Below, piece by piece: positions 10,746 through 19,216 of a DNA stretch of 64,000 nucleotides. The notes under the pieces were generated by a model that searched no databases, was not told where the DNA came from, and saw only the letters and a list, made by a program, of their open reading frames with translations. The stretch comes from Smithella sp. (GTDB lineage: Bacteria; Desulfobacterota; Syntrophia; Syntrophales; Smithellaceae): positions 37,018-101,017 of the forward strand of contig JBDKUX010000075.1 of NCBI GenBank assembly GCA_039679455.1, written 5' to 3'. Every line of letters begins with the position of its first letter. Positions within the stretch are counted from its first letter, which is position 1. A program made the translations under genes and the position numbers.

Positions 10746-10966
10746 ACAGCGGCGGGAGCGAGGAAGACACACAGATGGAAAACGATGCAAACCGTATGCT
10801 TTCTGAAGGGATGAAAATCATCCGGCAGCAAAGGCACAACCCTTTTATCAGGTGCGGCAAGCCGGATGCAGATGCCTACATTACCTTTGCCTGCGAATAT
10901 AACGCTTTCATCAATCACAGCCCGAAGCCTTTCCGACGTATCCTGGATCAGAGAATGGTCCTGTGA
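10742..10966 (+). CDS. small hypothetical protein, possible partner of the NTase
   Basis: This 74-aa ORF starts at an ATG that overlaps the NTase stop (ATGA). It has no recognisable motif and its coding status is uncertain. Confidence 0.3.
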   Translation: MNSGGSEEDTQMENDANRMLSEGMKIIRQQRHNPFIRCGKPDADAYITFACEYNAFINHSPKPFRRILDQRMVL

Positions 10967-11240
10967 CATGTATGTCCGTCCGGCTGGTTGCAAGCGGCCC
11001 GGACCGGGAGCTCTTTGACAACTTAATAAGGTTACATCAATTTGTAATATTTTCACATGATCATGGCAACGTTGCCGAATTTATTAATATTATATTAAGG
11101 ACAGCCAAGCGGTTCGCGGCATCTACAAATTCATCAAAATTACAAACAGTTAGATTGCGCTATTAACCGCCAAAAAATGGTGAATTGTTAAGATAACAAT
11201 TTGATTTGATAAGGAATTGCAACGCTGGTTCGTTTTCATT

Positions 11241-11265
11241 GAACAAGGGTTGCAACCCCTTGTTC
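11241..11265. repeat. hairpin or palindrome in the intergenic region
   Basis: 'gaacaaggg ttgcaac cccttgttc' forms a perfect 9-bp stem around a 7-nt loop. It lies in the ~600-bp non-coding gap upstream of the kinase gene. Confidence 0.5.
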
Positions 11266-11389
11266 TCGAGGCAATGGTCTGTTTTTCATGCCGCCGACGG
11301 CTGCGCCTAATTTTTCAGCTTTAAAATCTTTATTGCGTCATCCTGGTTTATAGTATAAAAATCAACATTATCGACTCAAGAATCACAAT

Positions 11390-11470
11390 CCCCTTTTTTT
11401 AAAAGAGGGGAAGAGATTTTACAAAGAGTGATAAAATCCCCGCCCCTTTACGAAAGGGGGAATGGGAAGG
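11390..11470. repeat. bipartite C/G-run hairpin repeat (left copy)
   Basis: The first hairpin is 'cccctttttttaaaagagggg' (11390-11410). After a 26-nt spacer comes 'tccccgcccctttacgaaagggggaatggg', which includes a perfect 7-bp stem 'ccccttt/aaagggg' at 11443-11459. A related copy lies at 20491-20610. Confidence 0.55.
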
Positions 11471-11583
11471 TAAATTTATTAAGTAGTTCGCTCCACCTTC
11501 GTCACTGTGTGACACCTCCGCCGCAGAGGACATGTAACGGCAATAATTGATATTATGACGCATTTAAATAAAGCATAACGATC

Positions 11584-13338
11584 ATGACAGAAAAAACCAT
11601 CGGCATTGAAAGCCCGGAATTTACAAACTTTGAAAAAACGTTGATCATTTCCAATGGCAAGATCATGACGCGGACAAGCCGGATCGACGTTCCTTATGAT
11701 AAAACAGTCCGCGACCTTTCCCAGCCGGACTTGTCCAAAGTTGAGTATAAAAATCTGGCGCTGACGGAGGCTGAAAAAAAGCAATATCAGCGTGCGTTGC
11801 ACCGGGGAAAGAATGCTCCAAAATATAAATTTCAAGGCAAACTTATTTCCGGGGGTATGGGCGCCATCCTGGAAGTTATCGATCAGGATTTACGTCGTCC
11901 TACCGCCATGAAAGTCATCAAACCGTCTTTCAAGAATGATGAACGCGCTCTCATTGATTTCATCCGGGAAGCAAAAATTACAGCCATGCTGGAGCATCCC
12001 AACATCATTCCCGTGCATGAACTGGGGCTATCCGATGAAACAGGGCTCTTTTTCACTATGAAACTAATGAAGGGAGAACCGCTCAACAATATTCTCAATG
12101 AGATTAAAAACGGCAATGCCGCTTATCAGGAAAAATACAACGAGTATTCCCTGATGAACATTTTCCGTAAAATTTGTGATGCTGTTGATTTTGCTCATTC
12201 CAAAAATATCATTCATCGGGACATCAAACCGCACAACGTCATTGTCGGCCGCTACGGAGAAGTCCTTTTAATGGATTGGGGACTGGCGCTTTATATTGGT
12301 AATCCGGACAAGGAAGAAGATGTTTCACAAAAAGAGGCTCTCCAGGATATTCTGGCGCTGACCAACGAAAAGAAAAATATCATTCAGGGGTCTCCCGCTT
12401 ACATGTCTCCTGAGCAGGCCGGGGGCGACAGCCTTCAGCTCGACAAAAAAACGGATATTTTTCTCCTGGCCGCAACCTTCTATCATATTCTCACACTGGC
12501 TGCCCCCTATACCGGAGAAAACCTGAAAGATGTTCTGCAAAAAGCAAAACAGCGCGATTTGATTGATCCGCAAAAACGTAACCCCGAGCGTCATATCCCC
12601 GATGAACTGTGCCGTATCGTGATGAAAGCCGCTTCTTTGAAAAAAGATGATCGCTATGACAGTGTTCAGGAGCTGATCAACGATATTGACGATGTTATCG
12701 CCGGTCACTGGTTAAAACAGGAAAAGAAAATATTCACGCCCGGCCAGTTTCTGATGAAAGAAGGAGAAGACGCCGACGAAGCTTATTTAATCAATAAAGG
12801 GAAAGTGCAGGTGCATAGACAGACTGACGGCAACTATAAAGTCATACTGGGAACACTTCAGGAAGGTGATATTGTCGGCGAAATGGCTCTGATAACCGAC
12901 GATAAGCGTTCCGCCAGCGTAGAGGCGCTGGCAGAAACCGAAGTATCGGTATTGACTAAAGACATATTGTCGCGGAACTTGAAAAAACTGCCGCCTTATA
13001 TCGAAAAGATGATGTCTACACTGACCCGCCGCCTGCAGACAGCCAACGTCGTTATTCATCCCCATCTCGTCATGGATTGCAAGCCGTTTGTTTTGCAGCA
13101 GATGTGTCTTATTCTAAAGGACATCGCCGGTTCCGAAAAAGAATTTTCTTTCTCGTATGACAAACTGTCTTTAAGGATTTCCGAGGATCTGGGCCTTCCC
13201 GTCGCCAAAGTTAAGGAAGTTCTGAAAAGCGCAGCCGAAGCAAATCTCTTTACCGTCAAAGGAAATGAAGTTGTCGTTGAAGACATCTATCGGCTTTTGC
13301 ATTCCATCGACCTGACTAAATCTTTAACCAACAGATAA
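11584..13338 (+). CDS. Hanks-type Ser/Thr protein kinase fused to a C-terminal cyclic-nucleotide-binding domain
   Basis: Kinase motifs are present: G-loop 'SGGMGAI', 'AMKV' lysine, catalytic loop 'HRDIKPHN' (Asp213 at 12220-12222), 'MDWGLA' and 'GSPAYMSPEQ'. The C-terminal cNMP domain carries the phosphate-binding cassette 'GEMALITDDKRSASVEA'. The true start could be downstream of 11584. Confidence 0.85.
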   Translation: MTEKTIGIESPEFTNFEKTLIISNGKIMTRTSRIDVPYDKTVRDLSQPDLSKVEYKNLALTEAEKKQYQRALHRGKNAPKYKFQGKLISGGMGAILEVIDQDLRRPTAMKVIKPSFKNDERALIDFIREAKITAMLEHPNIIPVHELGLSDETGLFFTMKLMKGEPLNNILNEIKNGNAAYQEKYNEYSLMNIFRKICDAVDFAHSKNIIHRDIKPHNVIVGRYGEVLLMDWGLALYIGNPDKEEDVSQKEALQDILALTNEKKNIIQGSPAYMSPEQAGGDSLQLDKKTDIFLLAATFYHILTLAAPYTGENLKDVLQKAKQRDLIDPQKRNPERHIPDELCRIVMKAASLKKDDRYDSVQELINDIDDVIAGHWLKQEKKIFTPGQFLMKEGEDADEAYLINKGKVQVHRQTDGNYKVILGTLQEGDIVGEMALITDDKRSASVEALAETEVSVLTKDILSRNLKKLPPYIEKMMSTLTRRLQTANVVIHPHLVMDCKPFVLQQMCLILKDIAGSEKEFSFSYDKLSLRISEDLGLPVAKVKEVLKSAAEANLFTVKGNEVVVEDIYRLLHSIDLTKSLTNR

Positions 13339-13970
13339 TGGAGCATTTGATGTCAAAGCAGGGCGAAAACAATTTCGGTTTTTCTTCCCAACCCTGCCAG
13401 CCGCCTATCCAACCCCGCTACGTCTTCCTTTTCAGCGGCCATATGATAGATGCGCCAGGTCGCAAGATACCCCGATTTCCTGCATATAAGGAAAACCGTG
13501 CAGCTGCAGCCGTCGGCGCTACCCTTAATAAATTAGAAGCGGGACCTGCTGACATCGGTCTCTGTGGAGGAGCCTGCGGCGGAGACCTTCTTTTTGCCGA
13601 AGCCTGTCTTGCGCGCGGGCTGCATGTGGAAATTCGGATTCCTTTTGCTGAACCCACCTTCCTGAAAAAATCGGTTATCTTTGCCGGGGAGGCCTGGCTC
13701 TACCGGTATAACACCGTAAAAAATAATCCGCTCACGTCTTTTTTTATCATGCCGCAGGTTCTCGGGCCGACGCCGGAAAAAGTCAATCCTTATGAGCGCA
13801 ACAATCTCTGGCTGCTTAATACGGCTCTGTCTCTGGGGCCGGATAAGGTGCGCTTCATCTGTCTCTGGAACGGCAATGGCGGCGACGGCCCCGGCGGAAC
13901 GAAGCATATGCATGACGAGGTTTTGAAGCATTCCGGCAAGGTTTTTGTGATCGACACAAAGACACTGTAA
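13338..13970 (+). CDS. SLOG/LOG-like Rossmann-fold protein (putative nucleotide-ligand sensor)
   Basis: The 210-aa ORF has two glycine-rich motifs, 'LCGGACGGDLLFAE' and 'NGGDGPGGTKHM'. These resemble the LOG/SLOG 'GGxxGxD' and 'PGGxGT' loops. Its ATG overlaps the kinase stop (TAATG). An alternative ATG at 13350 has GGAG upstream. Confidence 0.5.
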   Translation: MEHLMSKQGENNFGFSSQPCQPPIQPRYVFLFSGHMIDAPGRKIPRFPAYKENRAAAAVGATLNKLEAGPADIGLCGGACGGDLLFAEACLARGLHVEIRIPFAEPTFLKKSVIFAGEAWLYRYNTVKNNPLTSFFIMPQVLGPTPEKVNPYERNNLWLLNTALSLGPDKVRFICLWNGNGGDGPGGTKHMHDEVLKHSGKVFVIDTKTL

Positions 13971-14090
13971 AGAACAATAGGGTCAAATCTTTGATCTTGA
14001 CATTTAGCCCAGTAATTTCAACGGAAGCTTGATCAGTATTTCCGCAGTTGCGAAAGAAAGATATTTCAGGAACAAGGGAGGTTATCACAC

Positions 14091-15560
14091 ATGGCTGACC
14101 GGGAATATGACATCTTCATTTCCCACGCCGCCGAAGACCTGGAAGAGGCGAAACGACTCCGCGATCAACTCTACAGAGAAGGATGGAAATCATTTCTGGC
14201 CTCAGAGGACCTGAATGAAAAGGTCGGGTCAGCCGAATGGAGCGCCAAGATCGACGAAGCCATCGACCGGAGCGGTGTAGTCGTCGTTATAGTTTCCCCT
14301 GATTCCCGGAAATCACCCTGGGTTGAATATGAATGGCGAAGCGTTCACATCGACATCCTTCGGGGACAGCCCGGTATGGTTATTCCGTGCTGCGTTCATG
14401 GACTTGGACCCGACGACCTGGTGCGCGCTCTCCGCCGCTATCAATGCATCGACTTCCGCGATCCATCCCGGCGTTCCCAAATGTTTAAAAATCTCCTGGA
14501 TCTGATCGAGGGCTACCTCAAAGAGCCGATCGAAGCACGCCAGCGGCAAACGCTCTTCCGCGTTCTTTCCCTCGAAGGTGGTGGTGTCCGGGCGCTCATC
14601 ACTTGCCGGGTGCTCATATTCCTGGAAGAGAAGCTCCATCTACTCAGCGGCAGCGATGTCCGGCTCGCTGACTACTTCGACCTGATCGTCGGCACTTCCA
14701 CCGGAGGCGTCCTGGCCCTGCTACATGCTGGTTCGGACCTGAGCGCTGCCCGGATTGCCACGGAATTCAGAGCCCATATAGGCGCTGCAATTCAGGAGCC
14801 GCCGGTAATCAGCACACTCCTGACCGGCTTTATTCACCGGACGCCGCAAATTGAATTTCACTTACCGTCGGTAATCGAAGAGAAAAAACTGAGTGAAATC
14901 GACATTCCTTGCCTCGTCCCGGTCTTTGATCTCATCCGCCATGAGCCGCTGCTTCTTGGTTCGCACCTGGCTAAACAAGGTGTGCATCCCGATATGACTA
15001 TTAAGGATGTCGCTCTAGCCTCAGTTTCAGCGCCGTTATTGTTCCCGCCATATGAACTGCAGATGCCGTCGGGCGAAAAGGCGTTTCTTATTGATGGCGG
15101 TCTTTTTGCCACAAATCCGGCAGCCCTGGCGCTGGAAGAAGCCCAGAACCTTGGTCCGACCAGCCTGGTGACCTCTGAAATCTGCCTTCTCTCTCTCGGC
15201 AATGGTTCTTCACGGCGCGAAACCGGCAATCCCCTCGACTGGAAGATTCCCCGCTGGATTATTGAATCCATCGAGATTCCCATGAGGGCGTCGGTAACTC
15301 TTGTCGATAAGAGCCTTCGTCAGCTTTTCCAGCGCGTTGGTTTCCCCCGGCAATATCTCCGGATCGATGCCGACATAGCTGCCTATACCGAACGTACATT
15401 TCGCATGGATGATACAAATCCGGCGGCGCTGGCCGAACTGGAGCGAATCGGCGACCTGATCGCGAAAGCGCACGAAAGTCAACTGGAGGAGTTTGCGCAG
15501 TTATTAGTGAGCAATGCACCTGACAAGGAAAAGACGAAGAAGTCAGAGCTGTACACTTGA
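14091..15560 (+). CDS. TIR domain - patatin-like phospholipase fusion protein
   Basis: The N-terminal TIR carries 'YDIFISHAAEDLEEAKRL' and 'SPWVEYEW'. The patatin part has the oxyanion loop 'EGGGVRA', nucleophile elbow 'GTSTGG' and catalytic Asp 'IDGGLFATNP'. GGGAGG lies upstream of the ATG. Confidence 0.85.
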   Translation: MADREYDIFISHAAEDLEEAKRLRDQLYREGWKSFLASEDLNEKVGSAEWSAKIDEAIDRSGVVVVIVSPDSRKSPWVEYEWRSVHIDILRGQPGMVIPCCVHGLGPDDLVRALRRYQCIDFRDPSRRSQMFKNLLDLIEGYLKEPIEARQRQTLFRVLSLEGGGVRALITCRVLIFLEEKLHLLSGSDVRLADYFDLIVGTSTGGVLALLHAGSDLSAARIATEFRAHIGAAIQEPPVISTLLTGFIHRTPQIEFHLPSVIEEKKLSEIDIPCLVPVFDLIRHEPLLLGSHLAKQGVHPDMTIKDVALASVSAPLLFPPYELQMPSGEKAFLIDGGLFATNPAALALEEAQNLGPTSLVTSEICLLSLGNGSSRRETGNPLDWKIPRWIIESIEIPMRASVTLVDKSLRQLFQRVGFPRQYLRIDADIAAYTERTFRMDDTNPAALAELERIGDLIAKAHESQLEEFAQLLVSNAPDKEKTKKSELYT

Positions 15561-15594
15561 CAAAAATTAAGTATTAATTAAGGAGGATATCAAA

Positions 15595-17103
15595 ATGTCG
15601 CAGTCCTTTGATGAATTATATGTAATTTCTGATCTCCACCTGGGCGGGAGAACGGGATTTCAGATCTTTAATCAGGGCGCTACCCTGGCGGCCTTTATTA
15701 AAGGCCTTACCGGTAAACCGGCGCGACAGCGCGTCGGCCTGGTGCTCAACGGCGATACCGTTGATTTTCTTGCCGAAGCAGGCACCGAGTATCTTGATCC
15801 ACAGGGAGCTGTCCAAAAGCTCCGGCGGATTCTCCTGGAAGATTCCTCTTTCTCAGGGGTCTTCTCGACACTTCAGGAATTTGTCGCCACACCAAACCGT
15901 AATCTCATCATTGTGCTGGGGAACCATGACGTTGAGCTTGCCCTGCCGGAAGTGAAGGAATGGCTCCTCGAAAATATCTCCAACAATAAGCAGGAGGCGC
16001 GCGGCCGGGTGACCATGTGCTATGACGGCGCCGGTTTTGCCTGTGATGTGGGAGGCAAACGGGTTTTCTGCATCCACGGTAACGATGTCGACACCTGGAA
16101 CTTCGTGGATCAAAAACAGCTCCGGCAGCTTGCTCTATCGTTGAACTTCGGAAAGACGCCCCCTGAGTGGGACGCGAATGCCGGGACAAGGCTGGTCATT
16201 GATGTGATGAATTCCATCAAACGCCGGTATCCCATCGTCGATCTGCTGAAACCGGAGGCCGAAGCAGTCGTTCCCATCCTGTTGTGTCTGAAGCCGGATT
16301 GCTATAAGGAAGTTTCCCGCATAATGACCGTGGCCGCGCATCTTTCCCGGGACTCGATACTGCGGTCGATAGGCTTTTTATCGGCCGAGGAGGAGATAAA
16401 GGATATTCCGGTGCAAAAAGAAGAGGTCATGTCACAGTTTGCGGCCAGGTACTTTAACTATGACGCAGCCAAATTTACAAGCGCAGCATCCCTGATCAGC
16501 AGCGCCTACGAATCTCTGGATGCCGAAAAGAAACGGCAGGGAGCAAGTGATGGAACCGCGCCTCAATCTTTCAACGGAGAGCAGTTCCTCGGCCCCATCG
16601 ATTATATTCGGGCACTTTTCAGCACAGAAAAAGACAAGGCGGAAAATCTGAGAAAGGCGCTGGTAAAAAATCTCCAGGAGGATCAAACATTTTCGATAAC
16701 GCACCGGGATCAAACATTTATCGATATTGACAAACAGGCAGGGCAGAACGTTCATTTTCTAATCACCGGGCACACACACTTGGAAAGAGCTATTGCCCGA
16801 AGCACACCCGGCTGCTATTATTACAACAGCGGAACCTGGATCAGGCTCATCCAACTAACCGCTGACATTCTGAACAACTCCGATGAGTTTGCCCGGGTAT
16901 ATAAAGCCTTCGAAAGCGGGACAATGGAGCAGCTCGATGCGATAAAAGATCTTGGTCCAAAACGGAATCAGCCTCTGGTGTTATCCCGACCGACGGTTGT
17001 TTCCATTATTGCCAAAGACGGTGACACATTTGGAGAGCTGCACCATGTTCAAACCGACGGTTCGCTGCAACCGGTAGAAAACAGCAAGTATCCAGGGAGG
17101 TAA
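15595..17103 (+). CDS. calcineurin-like metallophosphoesterase
   Basis: The motif series is complete: 'ISDLHLGG' (DxH), 'NGDTVDF' (GD), 'GNHDVE' (GNH[DE]), 'IHGND' and 'TGHTHLE' (GHxH). The RBS is AAGGAGG. Confidence 0.8.
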   Translation: MSQSFDELYVISDLHLGGRTGFQIFNQGATLAAFIKGLTGKPARQRVGLVLNGDTVDFLAEAGTEYLDPQGAVQKLRRILLEDSSFSGVFSTLQEFVATPNRNLIIVLGNHDVELALPEVKEWLLENISNNKQEARGRVTMCYDGAGFACDVGGKRVFCIHGNDVDTWNFVDQKQLRQLALSLNFGKTPPEWDANAGTRLVIDVMNSIKRRYPIVDLLKPEAEAVVPILLCLKPDCYKEVSRIMTVAAHLSRDSILRSIGFLSAEEEIKDIPVQKEEVMSQFAARYFNYDAAKFTSAASLISSAYESLDAEKKRQGASDGTAPQSFNGEQFLGPIDYIRALFSTEKDKAENLRKALVKNLQEDQTFSITHRDQTFIDIDKQAGQNVHFLITGHTHLERAIARSTPGCYYYNSGTWIRLIQLTADILNNSDEFARVYKAFESGTMEQLDAIKDLGPKRNQPLVLSRPTVVSIIAKDGDTFGELHHVQTDGSLQPVENSKYPGR

Positions 17104-17106
17104 TTT

Positions 17107-19143
17107 GTGAAAAAGATAAATAAAGTTGGTCTGGAGTTTTTACGACATGGCCCCGCCCACAATCAGCTTCTTTCGCCGCTTACCCAATATCTTGGCCTCT
17201 GCGGCAATTTCGGGGCCTGCACCGTTCAGGTAATGTATGAGCACCAGGAGTTCCTGTCTCTCTTAAAGTCCCTGCGATACAATATAGGGGCTACGGATGA
17301 TACTGAGCGGCTTCAGCAGGACTTGAATGAGACCTCCGAGAATATCACGAACTTTCTGGCAAGCGTGCCGGGGCTCAGAGCATCTTTGGGACCAGCAGGC
17401 GGCCGTTCTACGGGCATCACTCATCTGGATCTGGTCTTGTCTGCAGCCGAACTGGCCATGCTGCCTTTTGAACTGGCTAAGGTACCTCCGGGATGCGCCG
17501 GTGGTGAGGGGAACTATTTACTGTTGCAGACACTGCTCCCGGTTTGCCTTACCAGACGGGTACGGAGTTCATCCAACACAATGATCATCTGGCCCCAAAA
17601 GCCCAAAATTCTCTTTGTCATCGCCCAGCTCCCCCATATGAGCGTGCCTGCCCTCGACCACACCAGGGCCCTGCTCAAGGCTATCGACCCGTGGATACCA
17701 TATTTCGATCCTTCGCTTCCGGGCGACCGGGAAAAAAAGATCGGCGAAATCCTCACCATTCTTCCCGAAGCCAGCATAAAAGATATCGAGGATGCCTGCG
17801 CCGCCGACGCTTACAGCCATATCCATATTCTGGCTCATGGAATGGAAAGTTCAAAGAAACTCGGTAATCCCTATGGCCTGGTGCTGCATGACCCGCAGGA
17901 CAAGAGCAAAAGCAATGTAGTCGACGGCGAACAGCTGGCATCCGCCCTGCGTCCCTTGCGGCGGCAGACGAATAAGGAATCCGATATCACGTTGCCGGCC
18001 GTAGTGACGGTGGCCGCCTGCGACAGCGGCAACGTGAGCTCGGTAATTTACAGCAACGGAACCAGTCTGGCTCACGAGCTGCACCAGGCGGGGATTCCTG
18101 TCGTTGTAGCCTCACAATTTCCCCTTTCCAAGGACGCTTCCGTGTTAGTGGCCGAGGTGCTTTACCAAAGAATGTTATGGGGTGAAGATATAAGGATTAT
18201 TCAACACTCTTTGCGCAGCAAACTGCATGCACTATGTCCTGACACACATGACTGGGCAAGCCTCGTCATGTACGCAAACCTCCCTCCGGACATCGATCAG
18301 CAATTGCTGGACATCCGCTACTACCAGGCAAGAAGAGCTATAGACTGTGCTCTTGATCGTATTGACGAATCCATTGACAGTAAAATCCCCCTGGGCGAGA
18401 CGGAGATGGAAAGATTGCTGAAACGCGTCGATGAAGCTGCGAGCCAAATGCCGACAACAGAAGGGTATGAGACCGAAGGCATGGGTATGCTGGCCAGCAC
18501 GGAGAAGCGTAAAGCTGAAATGTGCTTCCGTGCAATAGTCGACCTGTCTTCGGAAGACGGAAAAAAGCAGGAGCTGAAAAAGCGTTCCATCGAGTATCTC
18601 CGGAAATCACTCCGCCTATATGAACAGGCTTATAAAGAAAATATGAGGGAAACAAGCGGCATCATCCGCAAGAATCGATCCGTTCACTGGGTCATGACAC
18701 AGTATCTCTCCCTGCGCGCCGTGCTGGGAGAACCGTTTCTGCCGGATCACTGGAGCGCTGCGAAGGTTTCCGCCGATGTGGATATCCGTTCTTATGGAGC
18801 TAATGCCGAGACAGTTATCTGGGCACATGCATCAATGTTTGAACTTTACCTGATGTTGCTGGCTTATGCCCCCGCTGTTGTGAAGCGGCAGTTAGAGTTT
18901 GGTCAGAAGGAAGTGCGGGAGAAAGCGCAGTGGCACATCAGTGAGCTGCTGTCGATCGCCGGACATGATTCTTTTCCAATTTACTCGACCGACAGACAGC
19001 TGGAACGCTACATTGGCTGGTGGGGCCATGATATTTTTGAGTCGCTCCTGACTGAGTATAACATCAACCGCAAGCGTTCCTGGCAAGAGGCCGGCGGCAT
19101 TGTTGAGTTTGCCCGCGAACTCAAGATGCAATTGGGAAGATGA
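17107..19143 (+). CDS. CHAT-domain (caspase-fold) peptidase with a C-terminal helical region
   Basis: It has 'ELAMLPFELA' and a His/Cys dyad in 'HILAHGM' (His244, 17836-17838) and 'VAACDSG' (Cys305, 18019-18021). The GTG start lies 3 nt after the preceding stop, and GGGAGG sits inside the upstream gene. Confidence 0.75.
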   Translation: MKKINKVGLEFLRHGPAHNQLLSPLTQYLGLCGNFGACTVQVMYEHQEFLSLLKSLRYNIGATDDTERLQQDLNETSENITNFLASVPGLRASLGPAGGRSTGITHLDLVLSAAELAMLPFELAKVPPGCAGGEGNYLLLQTLLPVCLTRRVRSSSNTMIIWPQKPKILFVIAQLPHMSVPALDHTRALLKAIDPWIPYFDPSLPGDREKKIGEILTILPEASIKDIEDACAADAYSHIHILAHGMESSKKLGNPYGLVLHDPQDKSKSNVVDGEQLASALRPLRRQTNKESDITLPAVVTVAACDSGNVSSVIYSNGTSLAHELHQAGIPVVVASQFPLSKDASVLVAEVLYQRMLWGEDIRIIQHSLRSKLHALCPDTHDWASLVMYANLPPDIDQQLLDIRYYQARRAIDCALDRIDESIDSKIPLGETEMERLLKRVDEAASQMPTTEGYETEGMGMLASTEKRKAEMCFRAIVDLSSEDGKKQELKKRSIEYLRKSLRLYEQAYKENMRETSGIIRKNRSVHWVMTQYLSLRAVLGEPFLPDHWSAAKVSADVDIRSYGANAETVIWAHASMFELYLMLLAYAPAVVKRQLEFGQKEVREKAQWHISELLSIAGHDSFPIYSTDRQLERYIGWWGHDIFESLLTEYNINRKRSWQEAGGIVEFARELKMQLGR

Positions 19144-19216
19144 ACAGAAATTGATATTCAACAATTTTCCCCCTGCTTTCGGCAGACGGTAAACAAACAG
19201 TGTTTCTGGAGGATTT

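Noticed and set aside
10975-11010. An imperfect GC-rich hairpin ('ccgtccgg...ccggaccgg') lies right after the small ORF at 10966 and could be a terminator.
   Set aside because: The stem has a bulge and no U-tract follows it. This is too weak to annotate as a terminator.
11479-11835. A 118-aa minus-strand ORF overlaps the 5' end of the kinase gene.
   Set aside because: It overlaps the kinase coding region and has no recognisable features. It is probably spurious, although it makes the exact kinase start slightly uncertain.
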